A stretch of 51,580 nucleotides of DNA, counting the filler, from Dimargaris cristalligena (Eukaryota): the NCBI GenBank assembly GCA_003614675.1. It is 2 parts of 2 records of this genome, joined end to end, with 100 filler letters (N's around TTAATTAATTAA, not from the genome) between each part and the next. Parts side by side here need not be neighbours in the genome. Positions count along the whole stretch, not along the records: positions 1 to 25,761 come from ML002556.1; positions 25,862 to 51,580 come from ML002557.1. The stretch is one strand, 5' to 3'. Below the pieces are notes generated by a model. It had not been told where the DNA came from and did no database searches. It worked only from the letters and a program-made list of their open reading frames with translations. The translations under genes were made by a program, and so were the position numbers. Below are positions 23,824 through 33,566 of this stretch, in pieces; position 1 is the first letter of the stretch, and every line of letters begins with the position of its first letter.

Positions 23824-25190
23824 ACTTATTATTTATCTCCTAAACGACATTTCCGTTATATAAAAGGACTCCCCACTGTCGAATTCAATTCTGTAGCAAA
23901 GAGTATATTTTATTAACAATTTACAAAAAAATACATTTAACCTGCACTTTTGCAGGCACAACCGAGGTTTTTATCATTCGGTGGCTGTGATTTTACCACC
24001 CTTATCCGCTTCGGAGAGGGGGTAGTCCGGTTTGTGGACGGGGTAATCCTTCAGGATGAAGGAATGATTGCCCGAATTTCCCTGCTGGGGGGGACTAAAT
24101 GTGTATTGCAAACACATTACTGCAGGGGACAGTCTGTGCAGATTAATACAGGTGGCCAAGTAAGTTATGAAGCTGGCCTTTGGTTTGACCACCACAAATC
24201 GGATAATGTGAGAAGTAGATACGTATAAAGATAAAGCAGTAGAAAGAATATGGGAATTCGTGAGGGTGAGAAGTGTCATTGAAATTATAATCGTTTAATG
24301 AAATCTTATAAGGGTGAAACCAGCTAAAGTATTTATACCCGATACAACCAACGGGGCTGTCAATCGGGTGTGGTATAGGATGGCCTGTCAGCCCTGCCAA
24401 TGGTGTCCATATGATAGGTCTATTTCATACACCTATCAGGGGAACAATGTAATTATTCATGATTGGTACTTGGAAATGGATAAGGGCTGGTTACCATACC
24501 AGGGTGTTCCCTTTGTCACCTATTCAACGAGGTTTGTGAATGACTACTATCATTGTATATGTATCATAATGGTCGCTTCACTATGATTAGACACAATACA
24601 TTGGGGATGTCTGAAGCCACGCCTTGCGGTATCCATTATTGGGCTAGGGTCATGGCCAGAGCTCTTGGCCAGTGTCTTCTATGAAACCTAATATCCATGA
24701 TGATGATACGGATAATTAAACCCTGTAATTGTGGATCTGTTTTCACATGAGAGTGGTCAGATTCGTTGTGACCGTTAGGCCCAGATAAATAGCTTACTTA
24801 TGGATATTTGACCTCACCGGACATTTAAATACACTAACAATGAGATCGGCAAATTCCTGTCAGATTGGTTTATCTAACGGTTCAATGACCATAGTCTAGT
24901 TATGGTACAGCCAGTGTCAATTACCATGGCCTTAATAGGAAGGACGAAGCCTCCCAAGCTTTAGTGGTGTATTAAAACCATAAATGGACCAATAATCACT
25001 GATCCACATGCAGGTACACATGAGGTAAGTACTGTACTTCTAATTGCCAGTATTATACTTTGGCACCCATGAGTATCAGGGAAGGGGTTGGTAAGTCTGA
25101 ATGGTGCGTAGTACAATGGCTGTGCCTTACTCTCATAAAATTAATAGTATGCTAGTGTTCCGGGGTAATCTTCGCACTGGCATTGTTTTT
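23824..25190. repeat. Diverged direct segmental duplication, copy B
   Basis: Collinear with 19985-21635, using the anchors listed for copy A. Confidence 0.9.
23974..24117 (-). CDS. Putative small protein of unknown function (47 aa; the frame stays open to an ATG at 24279, giving 101 aa)
   Basis: MCLQYTFSPPQQGNSGNHSFILKDYPVHKPDYPLSEADKGGKITATE. Against the paralog, mismatches are biased to codon position 3. A conserved TATAAATA lies upstream (24330-24337). Confidence 0.45.
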   Translation of the reverse strand: MCLQYTFSPPQQGNSGNHSFILKDYPVHKPDYPLSEADKGGKITATE

Positions 25191-25639
25191 AGGTCCCTCC
25201 ACGGTGGCACTTTCGCTGCTAGGTGTTACGTTGTCAGGATCCGGGCATTTGGCGCAGGGCCTGGTGATGCGACTCGGCGTTACCGGCTCTGATGCGGAGC
25301 GTACGAGCGTCGATGGGGATGTCTCCTAACTGATAAAAAAAAGGAACGTCGACCCCGGAAGAAGAGGGAGGTAAAAAAATAGCAATTGTGAAATAAAAAA
25401 ATAAATCAATATACCAGTAGAAGAAATGCCAATTTAATGAATACAAGATTTATTTGTAATAAACGATTATTGCAAATGAAATTTTAAGGTCGCGAAAGAA
25501 AAGGAAAGGTATATACAGAACGTCGTTATCTGTTTAAAAGAGGGCACTCTGAACTAAAGAGGTGAAGCAATCGTTTAAATATCACAAATTACATTCCATG
25601 ATTTGAATTATCATCATAAACTCATTATAGTACATGGTG

Positions 25640-25761
25640 TTGTGGCCGGGCCTGCTTAATCTCTAATAGTATATCCCGGCCAAACTATTTTTAGTTTAGG
25701 AAGATGAAGAACATCACCAAATACCAGTCTTCATCTTTTCCCACCCAGTTATAAGCCATTC
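25640..25761. repeat. Dispersed double-hairpin repeat, copy 1 (runs into the assembly gap)
   Basis: Reverse complement of ~44535-44655. Stems tggccggg/cccggcca (25643-50/25675-82) and aagatgaaga/tcttcatctt (25701-10/25728-37). Confidence 0.9.
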
Positions 25762-25861
25762 NNNNNNNNNNNNNNNNNNNNNNNNNNNNNNNNNNNNNNN
25801 NNNNNTTAATTAATTAANNNNNNNNNNNNNNNNNNNNNNNNNNNNNNNNNNNNNNNNNNNN
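25762..25861. other. Artificial assembly gap/contig linker (44 N + TTAATTAATTAA + 44 N)
   Basis: Exactly 100 nt, symmetric, with a six-frame stop spacer at 25806-25817. Confidence 0.97.
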
Positions 25862-26105
25862 GGGGCGTGAGAAGCCATCAGGAATCTAAAAATAATAAAA
25901 GGTAGCGCTGCTATAGAAAAAAAAACGAAGGGGTAAAAGAGGCAGGTTTAAAAGATGATCCCGAGAACATGAGGATCCCGTTATTGGACACGGGACCGAC
26001 TCAGCTAAACCGCTCGTTTGTAATCACCCGTAGTCAGTGGGTAAACCCCATTGATATAAATAGATTTAGAACTATCCAGGGCATCGTGGTTTACAAACAG
26101 GTACC

Positions 26106-27201
26106 CTATTGCTGTTCGGGAGGAACACCGAAGCTTGCAACAGGCCGCATAAGCCTAGTGAAACGGACAACACCAAAAGCGTGGGTTGTATTTAGCGTAC
26201 AGATAGATATACATACGAGAATAGTCAAGTATAGGAACGAAGAAGACGGGTTAGTATTAATTCAGTGTTCAAAAAGCACATTGCATGGCGCTATAAGAAG
26301 AAATGGTATCAGGTTGGAAAATAAAAGTACGGGTATTTATATAGTTTAAAGTGAGGTGCCACTTACATATCGCGCTTGACCACAAGGTGGTCGCGGTACC
26401 CGGCCAGGTATAGAACACGGTCTTCGCTATTCTGGATACTGTATACACAATGGGGAAATGTTGATAATATGAACAAAAAGTACATTGTCAGTAACAGCAT
26501 GGCAAATACACATACACGTATATATATATATATATATATATTGTATAGTAAATAAACTGGTTAGCTTAACATCTCGGCTCTATCAAATAGGTTAAGTGGT
26601 GACAGGGGTATGTGGTATGGGGGAGATATAAAGGAGTTCGCGTTTATACTTACCGCTTCATAATACGTCCCTGCTCTTCCTTGAACAACTCCTCCAGGAA
26701 GGCATAACTGTCCTCCTCCTTCCACATTTGACTGCGGATAAAGGCGGTGATAGGGTGCTCCAGCTATATATCGGCATTGGTGGCGGAGAGGGGTACATAT
26801 AGGATTCGATTAGTCGGGGCGCCCAAGTTACAATAGGTACATGTGTACTTCGCGGGAGAATGAAAATGTGAAATAGGGGATGAGCATTCAAAAAATGGTC
26901 TTACCTCGCCATCGTTGGTCAGCCAGCGGTCGAATTTAGGGACGCAGGCGAGGAGAACGATGGCACCCAGTCCCAGGGGCCAAAGTACAGAGTTAAAGCC
27001 CTCATGAGTGTATTCGTAGTTCTTCTGGGAGGGCGGGGTGTACCGCTCCGCCTCCGGAGCGTAGGTCACATAGATGGAGTTTTCCTGGGCGGGGGTAGCC
27101 TTGGTGGCGGCACTGGAGCTGGCGATGGAGTGGGTGGAGGCGAAACGAAGCTGCCGGCTGTGGGCCGCCAGCGAGGAAGCGACGGGGCGAAGGCGGAACA
27201 T
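26106..27201 (-). CDS. Mitochondrial single-TM protein, probably complex I accessory subunit NDUFB5/SGDH (fungal 17.8 kDa)-like; exons 27201-26905, 26763-26654, 26438-26367, 26154-26106
   Basis: Presequence MFRLRPVASSLAAHSRQLRFAS, one TM segment (VLWPLGLGAIVLLACV), then EHPITAFIR resembling the NDUFB5 HPISRWIA motif. Three GT-AG introns splice in frame. The gene is well supported; the family assignment is tentative. Confidence 0.6.
26519..26541. repeat. (TA)n microsatellite (intronic)
   Basis: Seen directly. Confidence 0.95.
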
Positions 27202-29146
27202 GGAGGGGGAGATATATAAGGGCAAAGATTCACGCGCTAGAAAGTAAAGGAAAGACACTGAGTTTGCTGGAATAAAAGAATCAGAGCAAAGGAAAGGTGG
27301 AGATCGAGAGATCAAGGGTAATTGGATAGGCCTGCAAATTGCTCAGGTGCGAATTCAAGGTTCAGTTCAACATTGGGGACAAATTGCTTGTCCAGTCTGA
27401 AACGGCCTGCTCACCTAACTGCACACTACTACTCCCCTTGGTGATTAGGAGAGGGCCCCCGCTGTATTAATAATTATCCGCCATTAGAGAGAAAGGCCCC
27501 GCCGCGGGAACATTTTACAATTGCGTATATTCCACTGATGTTATTATGCCGTGAGCTGTTGAGTTGCCCCATACAGTTGCCGAAGCGACTTGAGGTCTAA
27601 TCTAATTATAACTGCCCGCCTCCGCTCCTGCTGCGGGCTCCCGGTGCCTGGATGCTTAAAATAGAGCGACTCTTCTGCTATTTGTAAGGGTGAGAGGATC
27701 AGTAGAGAGAGGCAGTCACTCTCGACAGAGGGGTATTATAACCCCTCTCCCCGGCGGAGCCGCTATTAACTGCTAACAAAATGGGCCCAGTTGTTGCTAT
27801 TGCCCCTCACCATCAAAAACTGACCCTCCACTTTATCAGCGGGGGTATTACAAGAGGCTTGGCATTCCCAAACATTGCATAGTTTGGCAGATGATAATAA
27901 TAGAGAACGCCGCCAAGGCGGGCCGGGAAATGGAATGGTGGCACCAATCGACGTAGCCGGCCTATTGGCGTGGTCCGCTAAATGGCATGACTAATTCGTG
28001 AAAATTAGAAAGTAAAAGGTGGACCGATGACGTTCAACCGTATGGTGTATGGCGCTTTTGCTATTCACTGGGTGGATTGTACAGGCGAAGAATCGGCCGG
28101 TCCTTATCGGACCATCGGGTATATTTCCTGGCCCTTGGGCATATCAAAAACAGACCCAAGCCACTAGTCGAATACACCAGCCCGTAGTACCCCTTCGGTG
28201 GCTAGTTCCCGCTATGCAAGGCACGCACCTTCATTCAGGAGCAAATCCCAAATACTTCAGCATCCAACCCGCACCCCGCCCAATAGGGCCAGCAAAAACC
28301 TCCAAATTCTGGCCCCCTGGTGAAACTAAATTTAAGTTTGGTTAGCATCAGGTCAGCGGTAACCACTGAAGGGGTGCACTTGTGGAAAGGGGACGTATGT
28401 CAATTATACTATACACGATGAATATTGGAACAGTAATAGCCATGCCAGTGGACTCCGCCAATATGAAAGATACACACCTCAGTCAGCTCAATTGGGCTCG
28501 GCAGGGTCATTCAGCGGCTATAATTACGCTCGTCCACCCAGAGTCGTCAGGCGGGCCATGGATAAGAATAAGCCTCTTCCCAATGGAACCTCAGTTATTC
28601 ACAGTCCGAAGCGGCCATTGTAGTTCTCTGTGGGTGGGACGAAAGAACCTAAAGAAGCCCTGTGATCGCCCGAATACTACCATCCCGAAAGGTGTTCCTG
28701 CTTGCGAATCGCTCGTGGAAAGGCGGTCCAGCGGGCCTTGGTGTTTCCCAGCTGTATGAGGCCCCATAGATGCCGGTTTAGGAGTGAGCATTGGCCCGCC
28801 CATCCCTTCTTCCACCAGCTGTAGACAGAGTATATAACCGCGGGATTGGTCGGCCTGGAGTTTCGTTTAGTTTCGCCACGCCTGCTTATTTGATTCTGGG
28901 GCCATCACCTTCCAAGTTTTGCCAACGAAAGTTTCCCGCTACGCCCTTCCACACACGCATACACCCGCTGACTACATCTCACTCCCATTAGGCCAATCCA
29001 CACTCGCCCTCTGGATGTATGCACATCCCTCAGGCTTCTTCGCCGGCTTATAAACCCACCGGCCTGCCCTCCCCTATTGTTTCTGGCTTCTCACTCCACT
29101 CCACTCTGCGCTAATCGCCCAGCCTCATTACTATTATCATTATCAC

Positions 29147-29187
29147 TATTAGTATTAGTATTAGTATTAGTATTAGTATTAGTATTA
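29147..29187. repeat. (TATTAG)x~6.8 hexanucleotide microsatellite upstream of PSD2
   Basis: Perfect tandem units between a TATAAA (~29049) and the PSD2 ATG. Confidence 0.95.
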
Positions 29188-29441
29188 ATATTGTCACTAG
29201 CCCTAACCGTCCACCGTGACGTCGCCTGTACACCACAGCGCCTTACCCAAGCCCTTGTTGACTGCGTGCATAGCCCAAACGTCCTTCGCCTATACTACTA
29301 CTGCTACCACCACTTTTTTATCAAGCCCCGTCTTTATATTTCCTTCTCCCCTGTACCTCCTGTCTATTTATCCATTCCTTTATTTCCCCCTCTCCGCTTC
29401 GGCCTGAGCTTTGGCCCAGCCTACTCCGCTCCGCCCGAACC

Positions 29442-32400
29442 ATGCTCGCCGCCACTAAAACCCTGACCGTTCGTCTCCAAATCCTCCAGGGCCGTGGACT
29501 GGCCCCGAAGGACAAGAATGGCTTAGCCGATCCTTATGTGATTGCCACCTACGGCAAGCGTAAGCAGTCCACCCACATCGTCTACGAGAACCTCGACCCC
29601 ATTTGGAACTGCTCCTTCGATTTCACCCTGAACCTCAAAAACCTGGTCCCTTCTCTGCATCTAGTCGTCTGGGACTACAATCGGCTGCGACACTCCTACA
29701 TGGGCCAGCTGGAAATATCGCTCAAGGACATGTTCGTCGACCAGCAGCCCCGCCTATACAAGCCCAGTCGGGAGAATGCCCTGTGGTACACCCTGACCCC
29801 CGGTACGGGTAAGCACGCCGGGGCCACCGTAGCTGGCGAGGTACTCATCAACAGCGGCTTCGTAACTCCGCCCGCGGAGAGCCAGACCCCCGCCTGGAAG
29901 GCCCAGTGGGACACCCTGAAACAGGTCCTCTTCGCTCCGAGCAACTCGCCCCATGAGCCCGAGCTGCCCCTCTCGGAGGAGTTCGACGGGGACTACGACG
30001 AGGACCGCTCCCCAGCCGAAGCGCCGACCGCTAGCTCGGAGGCTCGCCCAGCGAATATGCCGAAGGACCACTTTGCTGACCTCACCCAGTCGCCTGGGTC
30101 TGGTCCGCCCCCCCGCCCTTATGTGTCACTCCAGGAGACCTTGCGCGACTATCTTCAGGAGTCCCTCCACCAGCCCGAACGCCCGGCTCTGAATCCTTCG
30201 CACCTTTCCCTTTCCCCACGGGGTCCTCCGGATGCCACCTTGACCGACCCCGCTCCTGACCCCGTCCCCGACCCTGGTGAGGACCCTACCCCTCGGTCCC
30301 GGCCCGACGATGGGTCGAGCGACACGCTCCAGGCTCAGGAGTGGCGGGCCGCCTTCAACTCCTCCCCCCTCACGCTTCCCATCACCCCCAGTCAAGCCAG
30401 CTTCCAGAGCGTGGTCGGCCCACTAGGCGAGGCCCGCCGGCCCCAGGGAGTAGTGTTTATCGAGATTAGTTCGGCCTCTGATCTGCCACGGGCCCCTAAT
30501 GCCACCCGCACCGGGTTCGATATGGACCCTTTTGTGGTGATTGGGTTCGCCCGCAAGACCTGGCGAACCACCACCAAGCGGCATAAACTGAATCCCCAGT
30601 GGAACGAAAAACTCTCGTTCCCGCTTTATTCCCACGAACTCAACTACCCACTTAGGTTCTCGCTCTACGATTACGATAAATTAAGCAATAATGATCACAT
30701 TGGTACCGTCTCCCTCCCCCTCACCCACGTGGTGCAGTACTTTGAAACTCAGTACGCCGAAATACTATCCAGCCATCGCTTTGATACCCAACTCATGCCC
30801 CATTTTGATATGGAGGACCTACCCTTGGATTTGGCCCTGACCAAGAAGTCTTGGCAGGACCACCACACCTCCCAACTGCACATCCGAGTCAGCTACGCCC
30901 CCTACGCCGTTTTGCGTCGCAAATTCTGGCTGGCCATGTGTCGCCAGTACGATTCGGACGAGAATGGCACCATGAATTTGACCGAGGTCCAGACCATGCT
31001 GGATAGTCTGGGCAGTACCCTCTCGGACGACATCATTGACCAATTCTTTTACCGCGTGGATAAGTTCCCCGACCAGGATGACCTGTCCTTTGGTGAGCTA
31101 ATCGACGGGATCGAACACTACACCTTCCACGCTTCGCGGCGTTCCAGCCGGGATGACCTGGTGACATCGGGCCAGACGCAGGCCCAGACGACCCACGCCC
31201 TACTGACCGAGGCGCTTAAGAACTCGACCATTGCGGCTACCCGTCGCCCTTCGACCCCCGGCTTAGGCGAGTTTGCCCATGAACCTATTGCCACCGTCCC
31301 CTCCGATGAGAGCGTCAAGTCGGCGCCTGCTGCCACAGCCCTACCACAGACCAAAATAGCCAAAGTGCGCTCAAGGGGTAGCTCCCTATTGGAGGTCGCC
31401 AAGAAGAGTGGGAGTCACCTCATCCAGGCAGCCAAGCGCAAGGTTCGTAAACCAAGCCTTGCCAACAACTCTGCTCCTCCCAGTCCCGAGGGCGGGAATA
31501 GTCCCAATATCCCGAGTACCCCAAACATGGAACGCGGCGATCCCCTGTCCGGCATGTTTTCGCTAGGTGACAGCAATGAACCCGTCACGGAACCCATCCG
31601 TGGAGGGGAAGGCGATGGCCAAACACCCATGGAAACTTCCACCGGGGGTCACTCACACTCGTCTTCGTCCGGCTCGAGTGAGGGTGAAGCCAGTGGGCAG
31701 ACTACACCCTGGTCGACCCCCAAGATTATCCAGGCCACCGCCTGTCCCATCTGCCAGCGGTACCCCATTGCGGAGTTATCGGACCTGGACACCATCAACC
31801 ATGTGGCCAGTTGCTACATCCGGGATACCAACAAATCCTCCCGGGAACGGTTCGTGATGGATAATTATGTGACTGAGTCCCAGGCCCAGCGCAAGTGGTT
31901 TACGCGCATGGTCAAGTACGTTGGCTACGGTGGGTATGCCGTTGGTAAAAACAACGCCAACATCATTGTGCTCGACCGCGCATCGGGCACCCATATTGAG
32001 GAAAAGATGCCCGCGTATATTCGAATCGGAATTCGCCTCCTGTACAAGACGGTCGGATCGAAATCCCCGGCATCTCAGCGTACCATTCGCAATCTGCTCA
32101 AATCGCTTTCCATCAAACAGGGCCGCAAGTACGACGACCCCTTGTCCGCCAAGCAAATCAAGTCCTTTATTGCATTCCATAACCTTAACGTCGATGAAAT
32201 CCTGGACCCCCTCGATTCGTTTACCACCTTCAACGAGTTCTTCTACCGCAAACTCAAGCCGACGGCCCGGCCTAACCCGGCCCCCCATGACCCCCGGGTG
32301 GCCCTAAGCCCCGCCGACTGCCGGTTTATGGCGTTTGACACCCTCGGTGATGCAACCCGTATCTGGATCAAGGGCCGCAACTTCAATCTGACCCGCCTGC

Positions 32401-33014
32401 TGGGTGGCTTCAGCCACCTGGCCAACCAATTCGAAGGGGGGCGCCTGGCCATTTTCCGCCTGGCTCCGCAGGACTACCACCGGTTCCATATGCCCGTGGA
32501 TGGTGATATGCTCAAGTCTTTCCCCGTCCACGAAACCTTCGGGGCCTTCAGTGAAGTGACCCCCGCGGGGGAGGAGGATAGCGGCGGCATCGTCGCCAAC
32601 GCCTCCACCGCCTCCGTCGTCACCACCCACGACGGACTCGTCCATTTCCCGTATATTATCCCTGGAGATTATTACACCGTTAACCCCATGGCGATTCGTT
32701 CACCATTGGACGTCTACGGCGAGAACGTGCGGGTCATTAACCTCATCGACAGTCCGCAGTTCGGCCTCGTCGCTTTCGTTTCCATCGGGGCCATGATGGT
32801 CGGGTCGGTCGTCATTACTAGTCAGCCGGGCCAGTTCTATTCCCGGATGGACGAACACGGCTACTTCAAGTTCGGCGGGTCCACCTGTATTCTACTATTC
32901 CAAAAGGATCGAATCGACTTCGACCGGGACTTAATTGATAATTCCAATTTACCGATTGAAACTCTACTCCGCATGGGTTCTACAATCGGTACGGCCCGTT
33001 CCCATTCATCATAA
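29442..33014 (+). CDS. PSD2: Phosphatidylserine decarboxylase proenzyme 2 (C2 domains, EF-hand, PSD domain)
   Basis: 1190-aa intronless ORF with two C2 domains (DKNGLADPY, GFDMDPFVV), EF-hand YDSDENGTMNLTE, FNEFFYRKLKP, RLAPQDYHRFH and the autocleavage motif FKFGGST. Confidence 0.96.
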   Translation: MLAATKTLTVRLQILQGRGLAPKDKNGLADPYVIATYGKRKQSTHIVYENLDPIWNCSFDFTLNLKNLVPSLHLVVWDYNRLRHSYMGQLEISLKDMFVDQQPRLYKPSRENALWYTLTPGTGKHAGATVAGEVLINSGFVTPPAESQTPAWKAQWDTLKQVLFAPSNSPHEPELPLSEEFDGDYDEDRSPAEAPTASSEARPANMPKDHFADLTQSPGSGPPPRPYVSLQETLRDYLQESLHQPERPALNPSHLSLSPRGPPDATLTDPAPDPVPDPGEDPTPRSRPDDGSSDTLQAQEWRAAFNSSPLTLPITPSQASFQSVVGPLGEARRPQGVVFIEISSASDLPRAPNATRTGFDMDPFVVIGFARKTWRTTTKRHKLNPQWNEKLSFPLYSHELNYPLRFSLYDYDKLSNNDHIGTVSLPLTHVVQYFETQYAEILSSHRFDTQLMPHFDMEDLPLDLALTKKSWQDHHTSQLHIRVSYAPYAVLRRKFWLAMCRQYDSDENGTMNLTEVQTMLDSLGSTLSDDIIDQFFYRVDKFPDQDDLSFGELIDGIEHYTFHASRRSSRDDLVTSGQTQAQTTHALLTEALKNSTIAATRRPSTPGLGEFAHEPIATVPSDESVKSAPAATALPQTKIAKVRSRGSSLLEVAKKSGSHLIQAAKRKVRKPSLANNSAPPSPEGGNSPNIPSTPNMERGDPLSGMFSLGDSNEPVTEPIRGGEGDGQTPMETSTGGHSHSSSSGSSEGEASGQTTPWSTPKIIQATACPICQRYPIAELSDLDTINHVASCYIRDTNKSSRERFVMDNYVTESQAQRKWFTRMVKYVGYGGYAVGKNNANIIVLDRASGTHIEEKMPAYIRIGIRLLYKTVGSKSPASQRTIRNLLKSLSIKQGRKYDDPLSAKQIKSFIAFHNLNVDEILDPLDSFTTFNEFFYRKLKPTARPNPAPHDPRVALSPADCRFMAFDTLGDATRIWIKGRNFNLTRLLGGFSHLANQFEGGRLAIFRLAPQDYHRFHMPVDGDMLKSFPVHETFGAFSEVTPAGEEDSGGIVANASTASVVTTHDGLVHFPYIIPGDYYTVNPMAIRSPLDVYGENVRVINLIDSPQFGLVAFVSIGAMMVGSVVITSQPGQFYSRMDEHGYFKFGGSTCILLFQKDRIDFDRDLIDNSNLPIETLLRMGSTIGTARSHSS

Positions 33015-33566
33015 ATAGCTGTGTTGTATTTCACTTTTTTTTTCTTTTCACCCAGTTGACAGCCTTCGCTAGGATTATTACCCCGTATTTTTATGTATTG
33101 CGTGTTGGTCAGTTTAGTAATTCATTTATTGGGAAGCGATCTTCTCTCCTTAGCTTGGCTATCCAGCCGGTCCCAATACAATAAAACTTGATACCAGGCC
33201 CTGAGAAACACAAAACTGGACTGGCTTTAAACGAGTTAAGATGATAGAGATATGGCGATAAATGTGAGACGAGGGGTATAAATGCGATATCTAATGAATG
33301 AGAAAAACAAAATTGGGGAGGGTTTGAAATAAGAGTTCTAGTTTAATCTTTTACCACGGCTTGATAAATAAGTAAACCCCAGCTAAATTGGGTGATCAAG
33401 AAAAACAATAACGTATCCTACATAGTGTGAGTACAGCAGTAAAAAAAAACACTCGAAGATAGGCTGGTCAATGCGAAAAACGGCCATGTCTATCATAACA
33501 TACCAGCTAATCGCCCGTTTCTAGAGGGGGGTAGTAGAGATAACCCCGAGAACGTGCACTTCTATT

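Noticed and set aside
23950..24228. 92-aa plus-strand ORF overlapping the small ORF
   Set aside because: TTG start, and in this frame most differences from the paralog fall on codon position 1; it is the antisense shadow.
25806..25817. Palindromic TTAATTAATTAA inside the N run
   Set aside because: Synthetic six-frame-stop spacer centred in an exactly 100-nt gap; not biological.
29077..29466. 129-aa ORF with a poly-LV hydrophobic stretch
   Set aside because: The stretch is just the translated (TATTAG)n microsatellite, and the start is TTG.
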